Shown: positions 60,126 through 64,000 of the stretch, piece after piece | How the letters are laid out: every line of letters begins with the position of its first letter | How positions within the stretch are numbered: the first letter of the stretch is position 1 | Translations under genes and position numbers: made by a program | Assembly: GCA_964016885.1 (NCBI GenBank) | Contig: OZ024743.1 | Span: forward strand, 124,372,001-124,436,000 | DNA from: Eledone cirrhosa | Taxonomy: Eukaryota | DNA: 64,000 nt | Direction: 5' to 3' | The notes under the pieces: generated by a model | The model's input: only the letters and a program-made list of their open reading frames with translations | Told to the model about the DNA's origin: nothing | Database searches by the model: none

Positions 60126-60534
60126 AATGAGAAAGATATATAGAGGAAGAATCAACTTCAATAACAGACTGGTACTTTCTTTATCGACCCCGAAAAGATA
60201 AAAGGCAAAGTTGACTTCAGTGGGTGTGCAAGGAGCCAGAATGAATATCGCAAAGCATTCTATCCAATGTTCTAATAACTCTGCCAATATATAATCCCCT
60301 AAATGGCTGACTAAACACACACGTGCTTTCTCTCCATAAACGTTATTCCTTTCCATTTCTTCTCCTTACTCTCGTCTACCTTTCTGTTTCTTCTTTTATC
60401 TCTCATTCTATCTTCTGATGAAAGACTAAAGCCCGAAACCTTAACACTATTTTCCTACTATATTAAGCCTTAAACTATGTATCTTCGCTGTGCTGTATTA
60501 TTTCTGTGTTTTTTATTCATTTACTTTTTACCAG

Positions 60535-60639
<105 letters not shown>

Positions 60640-61747
60640 TTATATAGGTGTTAAAAGTCATGCATGGTCAAGACCATATCGAATAGGAATAAAAAGTGGG
60701 AGTGTACAAGACAAAGACAACGGAAAACAGTCAGACCTTTCTCTTCAGTCAACGTCTGAAAATCCTTATAGTTTTGATGTTTTAAAGGTAATACTATTTA
60801 TTCCAGTGCAGACAGGACAGTAACAAGAGAAAACGGGGAGACATAAAGCACAGTATGTCTTTTTCACAAGCGAAGCAAAAAGATTCTTTTACAAATCAAT
60901 GTGCTTCAATTGAAAAGGAAGTGATAAAAAGGCGGTACGCAATAGCTTAGGCAAGAAGAAAAGAATAGAAAAATAATAGTCTTGACTGAAGTCCTAACAA
61001 AAGAGGGCACAAAGCGAGTGGTGACTTGTTTAGCCACCGACAGAAATGAGGCCGTGTGTAAATAGTCTAAGATAAAGAATGTGAAGGAGGAGAAGGTGGG
61101 GGGGGGGATAGGTAGAGACAGAAAGAAGCCAGAGTGAGACGGAGAGAAATGGAAAGAGATAAAGTCTATTTTGGGGTAGGTGCTAAAAAGTCATGCGTGG
61201 CTAAGACCGAGAAAAGTCCGACAGTCACTTCTCTTCAGTCAATTTCTGAAAATGCATATATTTTTGGTGAATTTAAGTCGATATAATTCATTCCAGTGCA
61301 GACAGGAGAGTAAATAGCTGGGAGGCATAAAGCAAAGTGTTTCTTTCGACAAATAACAGAAATAAAGCCCCCCCCCCCCCCCAAAAAAAAAAGATACAAA
61401 CCAAAGCATTAATATAGAGTTCACGCCCAAAGTTTGCCCCTAAAATTTGATTAACTGAAATTGTGGAATTTCTCTCATTTGTTTGCTGTTTTTAGATTTA
61501 AATACTTCTAAAGGAAAATTTTGTCTTTAAATTGAGAGGATAATCTTATTTGATTGATTTTTTTTTTCCTATCAACATTCACAGACTGTGAGGCTCTATC
61601 TTGAAACGTTAAGACTATTTTCCTATTATTTCAAGAGTTAAACTAATATCTTCATTGTATTGTAGAGTTTACTTTGTTACACGCACACACACACACACAC
61701 GCACACATACATGCATACATACATACATACATACATACATACATACA

Positions 61748-61780
<33 letters not shown>

Positions 61781-62114
61781 GTGTGTGTGGGGGAGGGGGT
61801 TGTATAACAAAGCAAACACTACAACACAATGAAGATATTAGTTTAACTCATGAAATAATAGGATGAGAAATCGACGTTGTTTGTAAATATACCGATTTTA
61901 AGGTGAATAATAAACCAATGAGCGGAGACCGCGGAATACCAGGTTGTTTGAATGTGCTAAATATAACAAGGTACTGGAGATATTCGCACAAAATCAGATA
62001 CCAACTTACATACTGAAGCATATCTGAGGATATTTCGATTCCAGTCAGGTTCGATCAATAATAGATCATTCCTCGAGTTGATTGACAGTGAAACATATGT
62101 AATATGTTATTAAA

Positions 62115-63088
<974 letters not shown>

Positions 63089-63090
<2 letters not shown>

Positions 63091-63424
63091 TCAAAATGAA
63101 AATCTGAAGGCAAGGTAAAATTCCAATCATTTTAATCACAACACATGTTTCAATAAGAGATAGATCGATCGTAAAGCCATGATCAATTATCACTGATCTC
63201 ATCAGGTGAAAATGAATTGTCTTCAAATTCTTGATATGAGGGAGAAAATTAGCAATGTTCACTAATTTTCTCCCTCATATCAAGAATTTGAAGACAATTC
63301 ATTTTCACCTGATGAGATCAGTGATAATTGATCATGGCTTTACGATCGATCTATCTCTTATTGAAACATGTGTTGTGATTAAAATGATTGGAATTTTACC
63401 TTGCCTTCAGATTTTCATTTTGAT
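63089..63424. repeat. Perfect palindrome (~163-bp arms, 9-bp spacer) in (TA)n with an HHR-like motif in each arm (63305-63378 +)
   Basis: 63089-63252 is the reverse complement of 63262-63424; tcac-CTGATGA-long stem II-GAAA-catgtgtt-gtga. Confidence 0.85.
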
Positions 63425-63570
63425 ACTTATACTCCGTTTTACATCATCTAGCTGTCCCCTTGAATGGAATTGGTGATATACAAAAGCGTGGAGAACTTAA
63501 TATTGCTAACATAAAGTTGTTGGACCATTTTACACAACCAATAATACGCCTTACTATATATACATATATA

Positions 63571-63654
<84 letters not shown>

Positions 63655-64000
63655 CATATATGTATATATATATGTATATAAAAACAAATAACGAAACGAA
63701 ATTAAATTTCGTTTCGTTTGTAACTCACTTTTGTATGACTGACGCTTAAACAATTAAGTTAAAAATGTACATCCACATATGTATACTGAAATACTAGTAT
63801 GCATATGAATACACACACGTGTACATATGTAGATGTACCGAGTTTTCACTGGTCACTTTACTGTGAGTGTCCAGCTATTCTGTATGTAAACACACAGACA
63901 AACCGGTTCTTAGAGTCATACTGGTTTTTGAGGAAACACCTTTCCTCTATTCTCCAGAAAGCCAGACAAGGAATATTGGACTAGTTTCGATGTTGTTACA

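Overview
AT-rich eukaryotic (metazoan) DNA saturated with (TA)n/(CA)n/(CATA)n/(ATT)n microsatellites and transposon debris. The SINE repertoire and repeat landscape suggest a mollusc, probably an octopus; this is inference. Only one plausible host gene is visible: a 101-aa minus-strand ORF (3463-3768) with a PRR15/PRR15L-like SRSGRFK motif, preceded by a splice acceptor. The rest comprises a near-full-length R4/Dong-type RLE LINE sitting in (CATA)n, a deleted Tx1/L1 element, RTE and Dong fragments, several Penelope-like (GIY-YIG) remnants, many tRNA-derived SINEs, Helitrons and MITEs. The most striking signal is a dense, diverse population of type I hammerhead ribozymes (HHR), which I folded by eye. 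A 4.5-kb array of ~14.5 near-identical 310-bp non-coding units (51001-55470) carries 14 complete HHRs and is a non-LTR-retrozyme-like concatemer with an internal inversion. At least eight other unrelated HHR-bearing inserts are present. Most share one architecture: a fold-back with diverging, tail-out arms embedded in (TA)n. This points to a Penelope-RT-driven, microsatellite-associated ribozyme/circRNA mobilisation system. Most ORFs in the supplied track are microsatellite artefacts.
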